Source: Anaeramoeba ignava BMAN (taxonomy: Eukaryota > Protista > Anaeramoebae). From it: a DNA stretch of 64,000 bases. The stretch covers positions 558,001-622,000 of the forward strand of contig JAPDFW010000081.1 in NCBI GenBank assembly GCA_028826165.1. The letters run 5' to 3'. Under the pieces are notes generated by a model. The model worked only from the letters and a program-made list of their open reading frames with translations. It did no database searches and had not been told where the DNA came from. A program made the position numbers and the translations under genes. Below, one piece after another: positions 11,701-25,174 of this stretch; positions within the stretch are counted from its first letter, which is position 1; every line of letters starts with the position of its first letter.

Positions 11701-13817
11701 AAATGAGTTTTAAATTTAATTTTAATATCAAAATGAATTTTAATTTGAATATCAAAATGAATTTTAATTTTTAATTTTAATTTTAATTTTAATTTTAATT
11801 TTAATTTTAATTTTAATTTTAATTTTAATTTTTAATTTTAATTTTTAATTTTAATTTTAATTTTAATATCAAAATGAATTTTAATTTTAATTTTAATTTT
11901 AATTTTAATTTTTAATTTTAATTTTAATTTTAATTTTAATTTTAATTTTAATTTTAATTTTAATTTTAATTTTAATTTTAATTTTAATTTTAATTTTAAT
12001 TTTAATATCAAAATGAATTTTAATTTTAATTTACATTAACAATCGCATCCCATTCAACAACTAATGGTTCAACATTCTCAATTGAAAGAATAAAATAATT
12101 TCTTTCCAACTTAAAATTTGTATCCAATTTTTGACCATCAAAAGTTTGAGTTTGAAGATGAAAATTAACAAAACCTTGAAAGTAACTTCTTAATAATAAA
12201 GCATTCATTTCATCAAAATCTAAATAAATTAAATTAAATAAATTAAATTAAATTAAATTAAATTAAATTAAATTAAATTAAAATAAATTAAATTAAAATA
12301 AATTAAATTAAATAAATTAAATTAAATTAAATTAAATTAAATTAAATTAAATAAATTAAATTAAATTAAATTAAATTAAATTAAATTAAATTAAATTAAA
12401 TTAAATTAAATTAAATTAAATTAAATTAAATTAAATTAAATTAAATTAAATTAAATTAAATTAAATTAAAATAAATTAAATTAAATTAAATTAAAATAAA
12501 TAAATTAAATTATTAAATTAAATTAAATTAAATTAAATTAAATTAAATTAAATTAAATTAAATTAAATAAATTAAATTATTAAATAAATTAAATTAAATT
12601 AAATTAAATTAAATAAAATAAAATTAAAAATAAATAAAATTAAATTAAATTAAATTAAATTAAATTAAAATAAAATTAAAATAAATTAAATTAAATTAAA
12701 TTAAATTAAATTAAATTAAATTAAATTAAATTAAATTAAATTAAATTAAATAAAATAAATTAAATTAAATTAAATTAAATTAAATAAAATTAAATTAAAT
12801 AAATTAAATTAAATAAAATAAATTAATTAAATTAAATTAAATTAAATTAAATTAAATAAAATTAAATTAAATTAAATTAAATAAATTAAATAAAATTAAA
12901 TTAAATTAAATTAAATAAATTAAATAAAATTAAATTAAAATAAAATAAATAAAATTAAATTAAAATAAATTAAATTAATTAAATTAAATATACCATTTAA
13001 AATGTTCCCAAAAATATAAAATGTATTATCAATAATTTTTGTTAAATTTTGATAATTTTTCATCATCAAAAAAGTTTTGAATATTATTAACCGTTGATTC
13101 TCATCTGCTGCAAGAAATAAGAAGGATTCTGTATCAGAAACATCAAGTCTGAAAAGGTTTTGATTTTCTTGTGATAACATTAACTTTAAAATTATTATAA
13201 TTAACGAATCAAAAAAAGAAAAAAAGAAAAAAAGAAAAAAAGTTAAAATTTTTGTTTTCAATTTTTGTTTTTAATTTTGATAGTTTTCAATTATTAATAT
13301 TTGATAAAAAGTTTTTGATTCATCTGTTTTAAAGTTGTTTTTTAAGGTTTGAATTGATTAATTACATTTATATTTTGGAAATGATAAAGAGGTGATTTTC
13401 TCAAATCTTCTGATTGAATATATAAAATAATTCCTAAACTATTCATTTCAATTTTAACAGGAATACTACGATTTTGAAAGGCAACCTAAAAGATTATAAT
13501 CATTAACAAAATAAAAAAATAATTTAATAAAGAAAAATTTTAAATTGAGAAAATTAAATGAGATTTTTAATTCAAAAAAAAAAAGAAAAAAAATTTTTTT
13601 GCTTTTTTGTTTTTTTTTTGTTTTTTTTTTGTTTTTTTTTTCCGTATTTAATTTTTACTTTAAATTGAACAAACCCATTAACAAAATTATTAATAACAAT
13701 TTCATTAATTGCTTCTTTTGTTGGATATTTTTTATTCAATTGTAACGATTTTAATTTTTTTTGTTCAAATTCATCTTTTTTATTATAAAAATTTGTTTGA
13801 TAAGGTTTTGTTGTCAT
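8708..13817 (-). CDS. Multi-exon protein of unknown function, possibly tandem PH-like domains, with EKKDSS repeats
   Basis: ATG at 13817, with coding blocks at 13817-13659, 13485-13366, 13183-~12993, ~12218-12035, ~11581-10859, ~10760-10475 and ~9847-8708 bounded by GT-AG. Repeated beta-rich segments each end in an amphipathic helix. Confidence 0.6.
9850..12990. repeat. Intronic satellites: ~45-bp unit (9850-10463), (ttttaa)n (11585-12030) and (aaatt)n (12222-12990)
   Basis: Direct inspection. Confidence 0.9.
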
Positions 13818-14058
13818 TTTTTTGTTTCTTAAAATTTAAATTTAAAAAAAAAATAAAAGAGAATAATAAAAGAGAATAATAGAAGAAGAATAAAAAAAAA
13901 AGGAAAAAATGAAATTAAATTTTTTTTTTAATTAAAATTTTTTTTTTGTTTTTTTTTTAATATTTTTTATTATATATAGATTTTAATATGATAAATTTAA
14001 TTTTTCCTTTTTTATTTTTATTTTTTTATTTTTTCATTTTTTTGTTCTAATTTTAATA

Positions 14059-15654
14059 ATGATTTTACATCAAAAAAAAATATCAACATTTCTTAGTCAA
14101 AAATATAAAGATATTCTTCCACAACATTTAAAAAATATTAAAACAAACCAATTAAAATATTTTCCAAAATATTTTTCTTTAAAAACAACAATAAAAAATT
14201 TAAATAAATCAAAAGAAGAATTAAAAATGGAAAAAAAACTTGCTCAAGAAATAAGTCAATTTTTATTAAAATTAATGAGGAATTTTTTCACAGATTTAAA
14301 CAAAATTTCAACCAAGAAAAAAATTGAAGAAGTTCTTAATATAATTTCATATTTAAACATCAAAAATCCAGATCAAAATTCACTTGAATTTTTTGGACAA
14401 AATTTACTAATAAATTTTTTGCAAATGAACCTTCCTCCAATTACACATAAATTCTATTTATACCTACAAAAACAAGGCATAGCTGTGGTTCAGAATCTTT
14501 TTTCATTATTAATTGATGGTCAAATGTCTCTCCACATTTTAATTCTTCTTGAAAGTGATCAATATGCAAATGGAGATGACAATATTTTTCTCAAAAATTT
14601 CCCACAAATAACACCAAATATCCTTTCCCTTTTTGAAGGCGATCAATCAAGGAGATTCTTCACAATCATTTCCAAGTCTTATAATTACGATCTTCAATTT
14701 ATGCAAATTGCAAAACCTTTATTAAATCAAACCCAATTAACAAAAAAAATTGTCAAAAAATATCGACATTTAAAAAAGAAGAATAAAAACGGCAGCGATA
14801 GTTATCAAATACTCAAAAAGACATTTCGTTCTGTTGATCTTGGGTTTGGGACTTCAAATCAAAACAAAGATGAAAAATCGAATGAAAAAACAAATGAAAA
14901 AACAAATGAAAATTTCAAAATTGATGATTATTTTTTATTTTCTCAAGCTTTTAACCAATCCAAATCTAATTCAAACATCAAAATATCACTTGAAATTCGC
15001 AAAATTCGTGTTTTAATGATTGTTAGTGAAAATGGAGAGCAAAATAAAGACAATGTGGTTGAGACTTTAACTTCGCAAAACAATATTGAACCAACTGTTA
15101 TTAACGCCTCAAAAAAATGGGATTTAAATCAAGAAATATTGAATAGTTTTCATTGTGTTTTTGTTTATTCGTCTCAAAAATTCTATCATTCTAAATCACT
15201 TGGAAATATTCTTGCAAATTACGTTGAAAACGGAGGAAGTCTTATTATTTCCTGTTTTGCAATCAATAAAGATTCTTTTGGATTAAAAGGAAAAATTATT
15301 TCGGATCAATTTTTTCCTGTCAAATTAGGCAAATCATTGAATACCAAAAATAATATTGAAGTTGGGAAAATTTACTCAGAAAATCATCCCATTTTAAATG
15401 GTGTTTCTCGTTTTAATTGCGGCAATCAAAATGTCAGAACAGATATTGTTGCTTTGCAAAACTCTAATGTGATTGCTGAATGGAATGATGGAATTCCTTT
15501 AATAATTGAAAAAAATTATCCCAATTCTGGCTTGATTGTTGTTTTAAATTTTTATCCCGTCTCTTCAAAATTACAAGATGGTTATTGGAATTTTTCAAGT
15601 GATGGTGGATTGATTCTTAGAAATGCAATAAAGTTTTGTTCCACTTATTTTTGA
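14059..15654 (+). CDS. Intronless 531-aa protein with a C-terminal class-I-GATase-like/ThuA-like alpha/beta domain
   Basis: Long ORF. The C-terminal pattern (FHCVFVYS...LGNILANYVENGGSLII...NHPILNGV...IAEWNDGIPL...IVVLNFYP...GGLILRNAIKF) is typical of that fold. The assignment is by motif resemblance only. Confidence 0.6.
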   Translation: MILHQKKISTFLSQKYKDILPQHLKNIKTNQLKYFPKYFSLKTTIKNLNKSKEELKMEKKLAQEISQFLLKLMRNFFTDLNKISTKKKIEEVLNIISYLNIKNPDQNSLEFFGQNLLINFLQMNLPPITHKFYLYLQKQGIAVVQNLFSLLIDGQMSLHILILLESDQYANGDDNIFLKNFPQITPNILSLFEGDQSRRFFTIISKSYNYDLQFMQIAKPLLNQTQLTKKIVKKYRHLKKKNKNGSDSYQILKKTFRSVDLGFGTSNQNKDEKSNEKTNEKTNENFKIDDYFLFSQAFNQSKSNSNIKISLEIRKIRVLMIVSENGEQNKDNVVETLTSQNNIEPTVINASKKWDLNQEILNSFHCVFVYSSQKFYHSKSLGNILANYVENGGSLIISCFAINKDSFGLKGKIISDQFFPVKLGKSLNTKNNIEVGKIYSENHPILNGVSRFNCGNQNVRTDIVALQNSNVIAEWNDGIPLIIEKNYPNSGLIVVLNFYPVSSKLQDGYWNFSSDGGLILRNAIKFCSTYF

Positions 15655-15769
15655 AGAATAAACTAAACTAAACCAAAACAAAACAAACAATTTTGTTTTC
15701 TTTTCTTTTCTTTTCTTTTCTCTTATTTCCAAAAAAAAATAATTTTTTATTCCACTTTCTTTTTTTCTT

Positions 15770-17310
15770 TCAAAATTCTTCAATTTCACACTTTTTCAAA
15801 TTTGTTAAACTTCTTATTTCTTCAGGAAATTTAACAAACCGATTTTTTTTCAAATACAAAAATTCCAATTTTGTTAATTTGGTAAAATTTGGATTTAATT
15901 CAGTCAATTGATTTTGACCCAAATCCAATTCTAACAAAGAATCACAAAGAGGGAAATCTCCAAAATCATCAGGCAAAGTAACAATATGATTTCCTTGAAG
16001 AAACAAAGATTCCAAAGAAAGAAATGAAAGAGAGAACGGAATGGAAGTCAAATCATTTCCAAATGCTGTTAAGTTCTTTAATGTTTTAAGAGCCCCAATT
16101 TCTAACGGAATTGAATGGAGTTTATTTAAACGAATATCAAGATTGACCAATCGAGATAATTGAAAAATTTGAACTGGCAAATCTTGAATGTTATTGTGAT
16201 TTAAGTTCAAAGTTCTTAATTCTGATAGGTTCTTGATTTCTGGCGGCAATTCTGTTAATAAATTACTGAAAAGATCCAAATGATGAAGTTCTTTAAAAAA
16301 ACATAATTCTTTTGGATAATTGGATATTTTGTTTGAAGATAAATCGAGAAATTGCAAATCTCGTAGTTGTGCAAGCTCTATTGGAAGAGTTTCAATTTTA
16401 TTTGATGTTAATTTGAGTGTTTTTAGGTTGACTAGTTTTGATATTTCTGAAGGGATTGATGGAATATCATTAAAAGTTAAAGTTAGAAAAGTCAAATTTG
16501 TGATTGAACAAATTCCTAAAGGAAACTCATTCAAAGAATTGAAATCCATTCTTAGAATATTTAGATTTTGTAAATTTTGGATCTTTTCAGGAACTTTTTC
16601 AATCCAATTACTCAAAATTTTTAAATTTTCAAGTTGTGTTAATGATAAGATGTATTCAGGAAATGTTTTCATTTGGAGACTTTGAAGTGTTAGTATTCTG
16701 AGGTTTTTTAACAGAAATATTCGAGAAATTTTTTGCGAAATTAGTTCTGTTGATTTACAAAAATTGATTTCTAATTGCTTTAAATTTGGAAAGTTGTCAA
16801 TTATCGAATCAATAAATTTTTGAGTTTCTAGAATGTATGAATTTTTAATTCGAATTCCTTGTAAAAATGGAACTTGTTTTTTGAGTGATATAATTTTATT
16901 ATGAGAAATATTTTTTCCGAATGTAACAAAAGTTTCTGACCAAAGACATCTATTTATTATTTATTTTATTTATTTTTTAAATTTTTAATTTTTAAAATTT
17001 TTGAAATTTTTGAAATAAAATACGGTTCAAATGCAATTTCATTAAATAAAATACAAGTTGGTGCAATTTCTACTAATTTCCTTTGATCTAAAAAACGAAA
17101 AATATAAAGGAGAATCTATATTTTTATGTTTTAGAAACCAAAAAATTATTTGAAAAAATTAATTTAATTTAATTTAATTTCTTTTTTATTTTGAATTGAA
17201 AAAAATACATCTTCTGGCATTTCATCAAACATACAAAATTCGGAATTTGATTTACTTTTTAAATTTTCATTTTGTTTTTCATTTTCATTTTGAGAAAATT
17301 TTTGACCCAT
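15770..17310 (-). CDS. N-myristoylated F-box / leucine-rich-repeat protein, 3 exons
   Basis: MGQKFS start at 17310 and an F-box FDEMPED|ILLYIFRFLDQRKLVEIAPTC...|CLW across two short introns. These are followed by more than 12 LRRs of type LxxLxxLxLxxNxLxxLP. Confidence 0.88.
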
Positions 17311-17564
17311 TTCTTTATAAATAATTGAAAGAAAAAAATGAAAAGAAAAAAAACGTTTTCCAAAAAAAAAATAATTCAATTCAATTCAATTCAATTCAAT
17401 TTGATTCAATTTGATTTAATTTAAATTTCGAATTTGAGTTCGAATTTTTTGTTTTGATTTTGTTTTGAATAAAAATGAAAAATTTCCAATAACTTGAAAA
17501 CTTGAAAAAAAAAAAATTGGAAAAAAATTTGAAAGAAAAAGAAAGAAAGAAAAAAAAATGGAAT

Positions 17565-20500
17565 TTAAAGATTTTCTTTTTCTTTTTCTTTTGGTTTATG
17601 TTCATTCATATATTTTCTTAAATCTTCTGTAGCATAAGGTTCTTTATCAGGTGAACTTCCATCATGTCTTTCAGAATCTTCACAGAAACTTAAAAAGATA
17701 GTATCAATTGCCATTTCAAAAACTGCCATAAAAGCAGATGCAATTCCATAAGATAATAAAGCGCATACTAATGCTGGAATTAAATAGAAAGAAATATCTT
17801 TTCTTGAACGAAGAATTGAAATTGCAATCATTGTTGATATAATTGTAACTATGATTTTTCCTATCCATAATAAAAGATCTCCAAAAACATTCAAAACCAT
17901 AATTCTAATGATATTTCTTGCAATTAAATGAAATGCTCTTTTTGTGGATTTACAAAAGCTTTCTCCATAAACTGCAATCTATTAATTTTTAATTTCAAAA
18001 TGAATTTTAATTTCAAAATGAAATTTAATTTCAAAATTTAATTTTAATTTTAATTTTAATTTTAATTTTAATTTTAATTTTAATTTTAATTTCAAAATGA
18101 ATTTTAATTTTAATATCAAAATGAATTTTAATTTTAATATCAAAATGAATTTTAATTTTAATATCAAAATGAATTTTAATTTTAATATCAAAATTAATTT
18201 TAATTTTTAATATCAAAATTAATTTTAATTTTTAATATCAAAATTAATTTTAATTTTAATTTAAATTTTAATATCAAAATGAATTTTAATTTTAATTTTA
18301 ATTTTAATTTTAATTTTAATTTTAATTTTAATTTTAATATCAAAATGAATTTTAATTTTAATTTCAAAATGAATTTTAATTTTAATTTCAAAATGAATTT
18401 TAATTTTAATTTTAATTTTAATTTTAATTTTAATTTTAATTTTAATTTTAATTTTATTTTTATTACCATAATATAAGCATTTCTAGAAATAAATTTAAGC
18501 CAAGATTCAAGACATGCAAAGAAACATTTCATACAATAGAAACAATATTTCACGCATTTATTATCTAAATTTCTTTTTTTAAGTTGTTTTTCAATAAATC
18601 TAATAATCATTCTAATTAATTGAACAACAGCAATTAAAAAGGATCCAAAACATAATGATCCAAAATGATAACGAAGCATTCTTTTAAAAGATGTCATAAC
18701 AGGACTTTTTGGAAGATTCTAATAATTAATTTTAATTTTTAATTTTAATTTTAATTTTAATTTTAATTTTAATTTTAATTTTAAATTTTAATTTTAAATT
18801 TTAATTTTAATTTTAATTTTAATTTTTAATTTTTAATTTTAATTTTAATTTTAATTTTAATTTTAATTTTTAATTTTAATTTTAATTTTAATTTTAATTT
18901 TAAATTTTAATTTTAAATTTTAATTTTAATTTTAATTTTAATTTTAAATTTTAATTTTAATTACATGTTTATCTCTTGCCCAATACCAACTTGATACAGC
19001 TCCTGCGATTGTTGCTTGTGTTAATGCAATAATAACTAATGTTGTCCATAATAATCCAAATAGATGATAAATTGTTGCATAATTAGTTGATGTATCATTT
19101 TTATAATGAAGTTTATAGCTATTAGAGCCATATGGTTCAAGTGTTGGTTTTCCTGCACTCATTAAGAATCTTAAAAATTAAATAGAATAATTTTAATTTT
19201 AATTTTAAATTTAATTTTTATTTTAATTTTAAATTAAATTTTAATTTTAATTTTAATTTTAATTTTAATTTTAATTTTAATTTTAATTTTAATTTTAATT
19301 TTAATTTTAATTTTAATTTTAATTTTAATTTTAATTTTAATTTTAATTTTAATTTTAATTTTAATTTTAATTTTAATTTTAATTTTTAATTTTAATTTTA
19401 ATTTTAATTTTTAATTTTAATTTTAATTTTTAAATTTTAATTTTAATTTTAATTTTAATTTTAATTTTAAATTTAATATTAATTTTAATTTCTATTTGAA
19501 TTTTAATTTTAATTTAAATTTTAATTTTAATTTTAATTTTAATAATTTTAAATTTTAATAAGTTTACAAAGTAACTGGAATCCAATAAAGATAAAGAACT
19601 AAAAGCATTAAGAAAGTCCAAAAAGGGAAAAATACAAGAGAAGGAATTGCTGAAATTGCTTTTGCAGCTTCTCGAATAATTCCAGCAGCAAGTCGAATTC
19701 GATTTCTTAAAAAGATAACCAATAAAACAAAAACAAAATCAACAACAACCATTAAAGAAAATAATACTTTGAACCATTTTGCATTTGTTTTATCAGATTC
19801 AAATGTTTTTTTGGCTTCACTTGTTTGAACTATTTAATTTTAATTTTAATTTTAATTTTAATTTTAATTTTAATTTTAATTTTAATTTTAATTTTAATTT
19901 TAATTTTAATTTTAATATTAATTTTAATTTTAATTTTAATTTTGATTTTAATTTTAATTTTAATTTTAATTTTAAATTTAAATTTAATTTTAATTTTAAA
20001 TTTAATTTTAATTTTAATTTTAATTTTAATTTTAATTTTAATTTTAATTTTAATTTTAATTTTAATTTTAATTTTAAATTTAATTTTAATTTTAATTTTA
20101 ATTTTAATTTTAAATTTATCAAAAGATTAAAGATACCTTGTTTCCATAAATACCAAGTAAATATGATTAAAACAACAAAAAGAGCAAAAACTGTTAACCA
20201 AATCATAAAACCTGAAAATTTTTTCATTAACCAAAACCAAATAAATGATAAAACAAGAGCAATTCCAGCTGTTACTAACATAATCCACCAAGATTGAGCT
20301 AAATCTCCCATTGTTACTGAAATAGAACCTGCTACATCTTTTTTGAGTGTATCTAAAATTCCTTGATCATCAGATGTAGGAATACATCTTCTTAAATCTA
20401 ATATTTTAATTAAATTTTTATTTAGATTTCATGTTAAATTTAATTTTTTAAATTTTTATTAGATTTCATGTTAAATTTCATGTTAAATTTAATTTTTTAA

Positions 20501-21356
20501 ATTTTTATTTGATTTCATGTTAAATTTAATTTTTTAAATTTTTATTAGATTTCATGTTAAATTTAATTTTTTAAATTTTTATTTAAATTTCATGTTAAAT
20601 TTAATTTTTTAAATTTTTATTAAATTTCATGTTAAATTTAATTTTTTAATTGAAATAAAAATTACGAGATTCAGATTCATAATTGCAATGTTCAATGCTA
20701 GTATAATAATCATAAACTCCACCACTAGAACAAGGAGGTGAAGAAAAACTACCAGATGATGGACATTCAGAAACACAAAATTCGTTTGAAGTATCATCAT
20801 AAGGGAAAAAGCAATGTGTTTTATCTGTCAGATCCTGAAGAAAACTTACATCTAAATCACTATATCCATCCTTTTTCAATTGATCTTTTACATCTTTATT
20901 GTTGAAACCACATACATTTCCTCGATAATCTGTAGGATAATAAAGTCTATTCAAAAAAAAAAATTAGAAATAAAGGAAATTAAATGAAATTAAATTGAAG
21001 TAATTTTAATTAATACCTTTTTGGAGATCCTTTTGAAAAAGCAACTGCCATAACAATAAGCATTCCAATCCAAAAAAGAATAAACAAAACAACCCAAAAA
21101 AAATCTCTACATTTCCTTTTTTCAGTTGGACCTAGCTCTGAATCATCGTATTCATACTAATAAAAAAAAAAGGGAAAATTTAATTAAATTTTAAATTTAA
21201 ATTTATTTATTCAATTTTTATTTTGAATTTTAAATAAAATGAATAAGAGTTTGCTTTTTTTACTTCATTTTGATTTTGTTGTTTAAGAAGCGAATCATCA
21301 GGTTTTGAATCAATTTGCTTACTCTCTTGTTTTTCAACATCCAAATCACTACTCAT
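17565..21356 (-). CDS. Choline transporter-like protein (CTL/SLC44/Pns1 family), multi-exon
   Basis: Spliced motifs include KRKCRDFFW, RLYYPTDYRGNVCG, RNRIRLAAGII, TIAGAVSSWYW, RYHFGSLCFGS, KFISRNAYIM, GESFCKS and MAIDTIFLSFCED. Confidence 0.93.
17985..20645. repeat. (ttttaa)n-type satellites and a ~40-bp unit occupying five CTL introns
   Basis: Tracts at ~17985-18460, 18725-18960, 19190-19560, 19833-20115 and 20400-20645. Confidence 0.9.
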
Positions 21357-21510
21357 TTTGTTTTAAAAATAAAAAATAAAAAAAAATGAAAAAAAAAATG
21401 AAATTAAAAAATTTTGTTCAATTTTTGCTTTTTTTTTTGAATTGAAATTTTTTTTTGATTAAATTTTTTTTGAAAGGAAAAAAAAAGAGAAAAAAGAAAG
21501 AAGGAAAGAA

Positions 21511-24500
21511 TTATTTCTCGCCTAAAAATCCTTGAGCAGTTTTGAACAAATCAATAGGATTTTGACCATCAGTTATCAAATAACCATTCAAATTCATTCC
21601 TTCAAGTAAATTTGCTTGAACTTCAGGACCAGAATGAGCCATTGATTCCAAAGTATCAGCACCAATTGTAGTTACAATATCCTTAAATTTATCAGCTTCA
21701 ATTTTAGACATTTGAGTTACCAATTCGACCTCAAGTGTGTTCATTTCTTTTTGATGTTCAAATTCAACTTGATATTTTTGAGTGTAATATTCCAAGTCAA
21801 TTTTAGCTTCAATTTCTTCAGCTTTTGTTCTCAAATTGGTTTGATCCACTTTAGATTGACCTTCAATCAAACCTGCTTCTGATTTAGCTGTTGCCTCTGC
21901 TTTTGCTGTTCCTGTTGTTTCGATTGCAGAGCATTCGGCTTGCAAACCGATCAAACCTTTTCGTGTTTTTTCAGCTTCAATTTCATCTTCTAGTTTCTGT
22001 TCATCAAGTTTTCCTTGAGCTTCAGTTGCTTTCTTTAAAGCTTCGTGTCTTGCATCTGCTTCTTGTGATTGAGTTGTGATTGAGATTGCTAATTGCACGG
22101 ATTTCTGCAGAGATGATTTTGTTTCCGCATCAATAGGCTCAACTGTTTGGATATCAATATCAGTCACAATTAAATTGTTTGCTTTGAACTCAAGTCTTTC
22201 TCGAACCTTCTTTTCAGAATCAAGTCCGAAAACAGCTTCTCTGATCAACTGTGAAGATCGTTGGTGGAAATCGTCAAATGATGTTGCTGCTACTCGTCCT
22301 CTTACTCTTGAACTGACTGCTTTGCACATGTCTCCAATAAAGTCAGGTACTTGGAAAATTTTCGTTGCTTCTTCTTTGATGTCTTTATTGACCTCGAAAT
22401 ACCAGTTGTATCGCAATTGGAGTTTGAGTCTTGCGTGGTCGCTTGTTTCCACAATGATGATATCTGAAGTGAAGTCAGGTCCAAGTAAAACTGCAATTGC
22501 TTTGATTTGATGAGCTTGTTTGGGTTTTCCTGCGGAAAGTGAAAGAACTGTGAAATCTTCATCTGGTCCAAGCATTACAAGATCTGGTCCAAACTGAACA
22601 CGTGCTGTCTTTTTCTTGTAATCGTAAATTTGCACTGCGGAATTTTGTGGAACGCGGAAGGAAACAATTCGTGTCTTGTCACGACCAATTTGTTGAGCTT
22701 TATCAATTCCTGATCCTCCTCTTGTTACTGTTGGATCAACATCGATGTTAATGAGTTTTTCCACAATTTCTGAAAGCTCTTTCTGCCACAACTCTTCGTG
22801 GGGATTAAGCATGTAAGTCTCTCCAATCACTGTTCGAATTTTTCCTGTGTGGAGATCACGAACATAAATACCTTCGTCTTTATGAAGTGGGATTGAGACT
22901 CTTTTCTCGATAATCTTGACTTCAACAGGTGGAATGTATCTGACTGGACCTTTGACCATCCATTTTTCTCCTGGTGTTCTTGTCACAACTTTTTTTTTCT
23001 TTTCAGTTTCTTTTTCTTTTTCATTGTTGTCATTTTCATTGTTGTCATTTTCGTTGTCATGTTCTTCGACCAAAATTTCATCTTTAAAAGATTCGACACA
23101 AGTTAAAAGAAGAGCCTCATTTTTTCCAAGAACATAAACGTTTTGGATTCCTTTTTCAAGTTGTTCGCCTGGATTGAGGAAGAAGGTCATTGGGCCTTTT
23201 CTCAATTGTTTATTTCCAAATTGTTGTTTTCCATCAACAACAGGATTAAGCACAATACAGAATTGGGAGTCTGTAAGCACAACAAGAGGTACTTCTCGGA
23301 TGACCTCTTCATACACACCAGGAATGTAATATTCTGTTTGTTCCTTATTAACAAGCCATTCATCACCAGCATTTCTTTTGGTACCAAATCTGTCTGTGAA
23401 GATGTTAGTTGCTCGTAAATGAAGTGCCTTTTTGTCTGTGATTACATAACCCTTGACAACACCAAGAACTTGTTCATCAACTTTTGGTAAGTAAACCCCT
23501 TCAGTTGTTTCAAGCCAAGTTTCGCCTCCTTTTCTGATAATATCCCCGTCTTTGAAAGTTCTTCGAGCAATAATTTTCAATCCAGTGTTTGGTTCAATAA
23601 AAGTCGCCTTCACGATTTCGGTGATTTCAACATCCACATTTGGAATGTAAGTTCCTGGTCCTAAAAAGTACCATTCTGTTCCTGTTATTCTTTGAACCAT
23701 TTTCCCATCAACTTCTTCTTGGAAATCATGGGTTGCTTTGAGTCTTAATGCTTGATCTGGTTGAACAATTTGAAGTGGAGTTATTCCGCCTTTTAATTTT
23801 TCTCCAGGATAAAGAGGGAAATGTTCAGTTCCTTCTCGTCGGATTTCAAGTTGACCATATCTAAGTTTTGCCTAAATTAAAAAATAAATTAAAATAAAAT
23901 AAAATAAAATAAAATAAAATAAAATAAAATAAAATAAAATAAAATAAAATATTAAATTAAATATTAAATTAAATCAAATATTATATTAAATATTAAATTA
24001 AATATTAAATTAAATATTAAATTAAATATTAAATTAAATATTAAATTAAAAATTAAATTAAATATTAAATATTAAATATTAAATTAAATATTAAATTAAA
24101 TATTAAATTAAATATTAAATTAAATTAAATATTAAATATTAAATATTAAATATTAAATATTAAATTAAATATTAAATTAAATATTAAATATTAAATTAAA
24201 TATTAAATTAAATATTAAAAATTAAATATTAAATTAAATATTAAAATTAAATATTAAAATTAAATAAAATTAAATAAATATTAAATTAAATATTAAATAT
24301 TAAATATTAAATATTATTAAATATTAAAATTAAATCAAATTAAATTAAATATTAAAATTAAATATTAAATATTAAATTAAATATTAAATATTAAATTAAA
24401 TATTAAATATTAAATTAAATATTAAATTAAATATTAAATATAAAAATTAAATAAAAATTAAAATTAAAATAAATATTAAATATTAAATATTAAATTAAAT

Positions 24501-24715
24501 ATTAAATATTAAATATTAAATATTAAAAATTAAATATTAAAAATTAAATATTAAATTAAATTAAATATTAAATATTAAATTAAATATTAAATTAAATTAA
24601 ATATTAAATTAAATATTAAATATTAAAAATTAAATATTAAATATTAAATTAAATATTAAATATTAAATATTAAATTAAATTAAAAAGAGAAGATCAGAAA
24701 AAAAAAATTTGTTGT

Positions 24716-24747
<32 letters not shown>

Positions 24748-24990
24748 GCTTACTTGACCAAATGTATCAATAACAGGTTCTCCATCTTTCATAATGACTG
24801 GATTTTCAATTATACAATAATGTCTTGGAGGGATTAATAACATTTCTTTTGGTCCATCAACTATTTGTTCATTTTGTTTTTTTGTATAAGTATAAGGTCC
24901 AACAACAAGATGAGTTAAGTTTGTATCCTCATCTAAAATATGTATGTATTGATGAGTTTTTAAACTAAGTGAAGATTTTTGATCAGCCAT
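21511..24990 (-). CDS. MVP: Major vault protein (~865 aa), 2 exons
   Basis: Exons 24990-24754 and 23871-21511. Contains vault repeats (YIHILDEDTN, IPPRHYCIIENPV, GEKWMVKGPVRYIPPVEV), a shoulder domain (LGPDFTSDIIIVETSDHARL, VPDFIGDMCKAVSSRVRG) and the cap helix (SLQKSVQLAISITTQSQEA). Confidence 0.97.
23875..24680. repeat. Intronic (aaatatt/aaatt)n satellite in MVP
   Basis: Direct inspection. Confidence 0.9.
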
Positions 24991-25174
24991 AAGTTTTTTA
25001 TTTTAGGGATTATTTTAAATTGAAAAAAAAATGAAAAAAAAAAAAGAAGGAAAAAGAAAAAAATAAAAAGCAAAAAAGTTCTAAATAAGATTTTCTTTAA
25101 ATTAAAAATAATTTAAAACTTAAATAAATCTTAATAGGAAGAAATTAAATTAATTTTAAATGTTCACATCAAAA

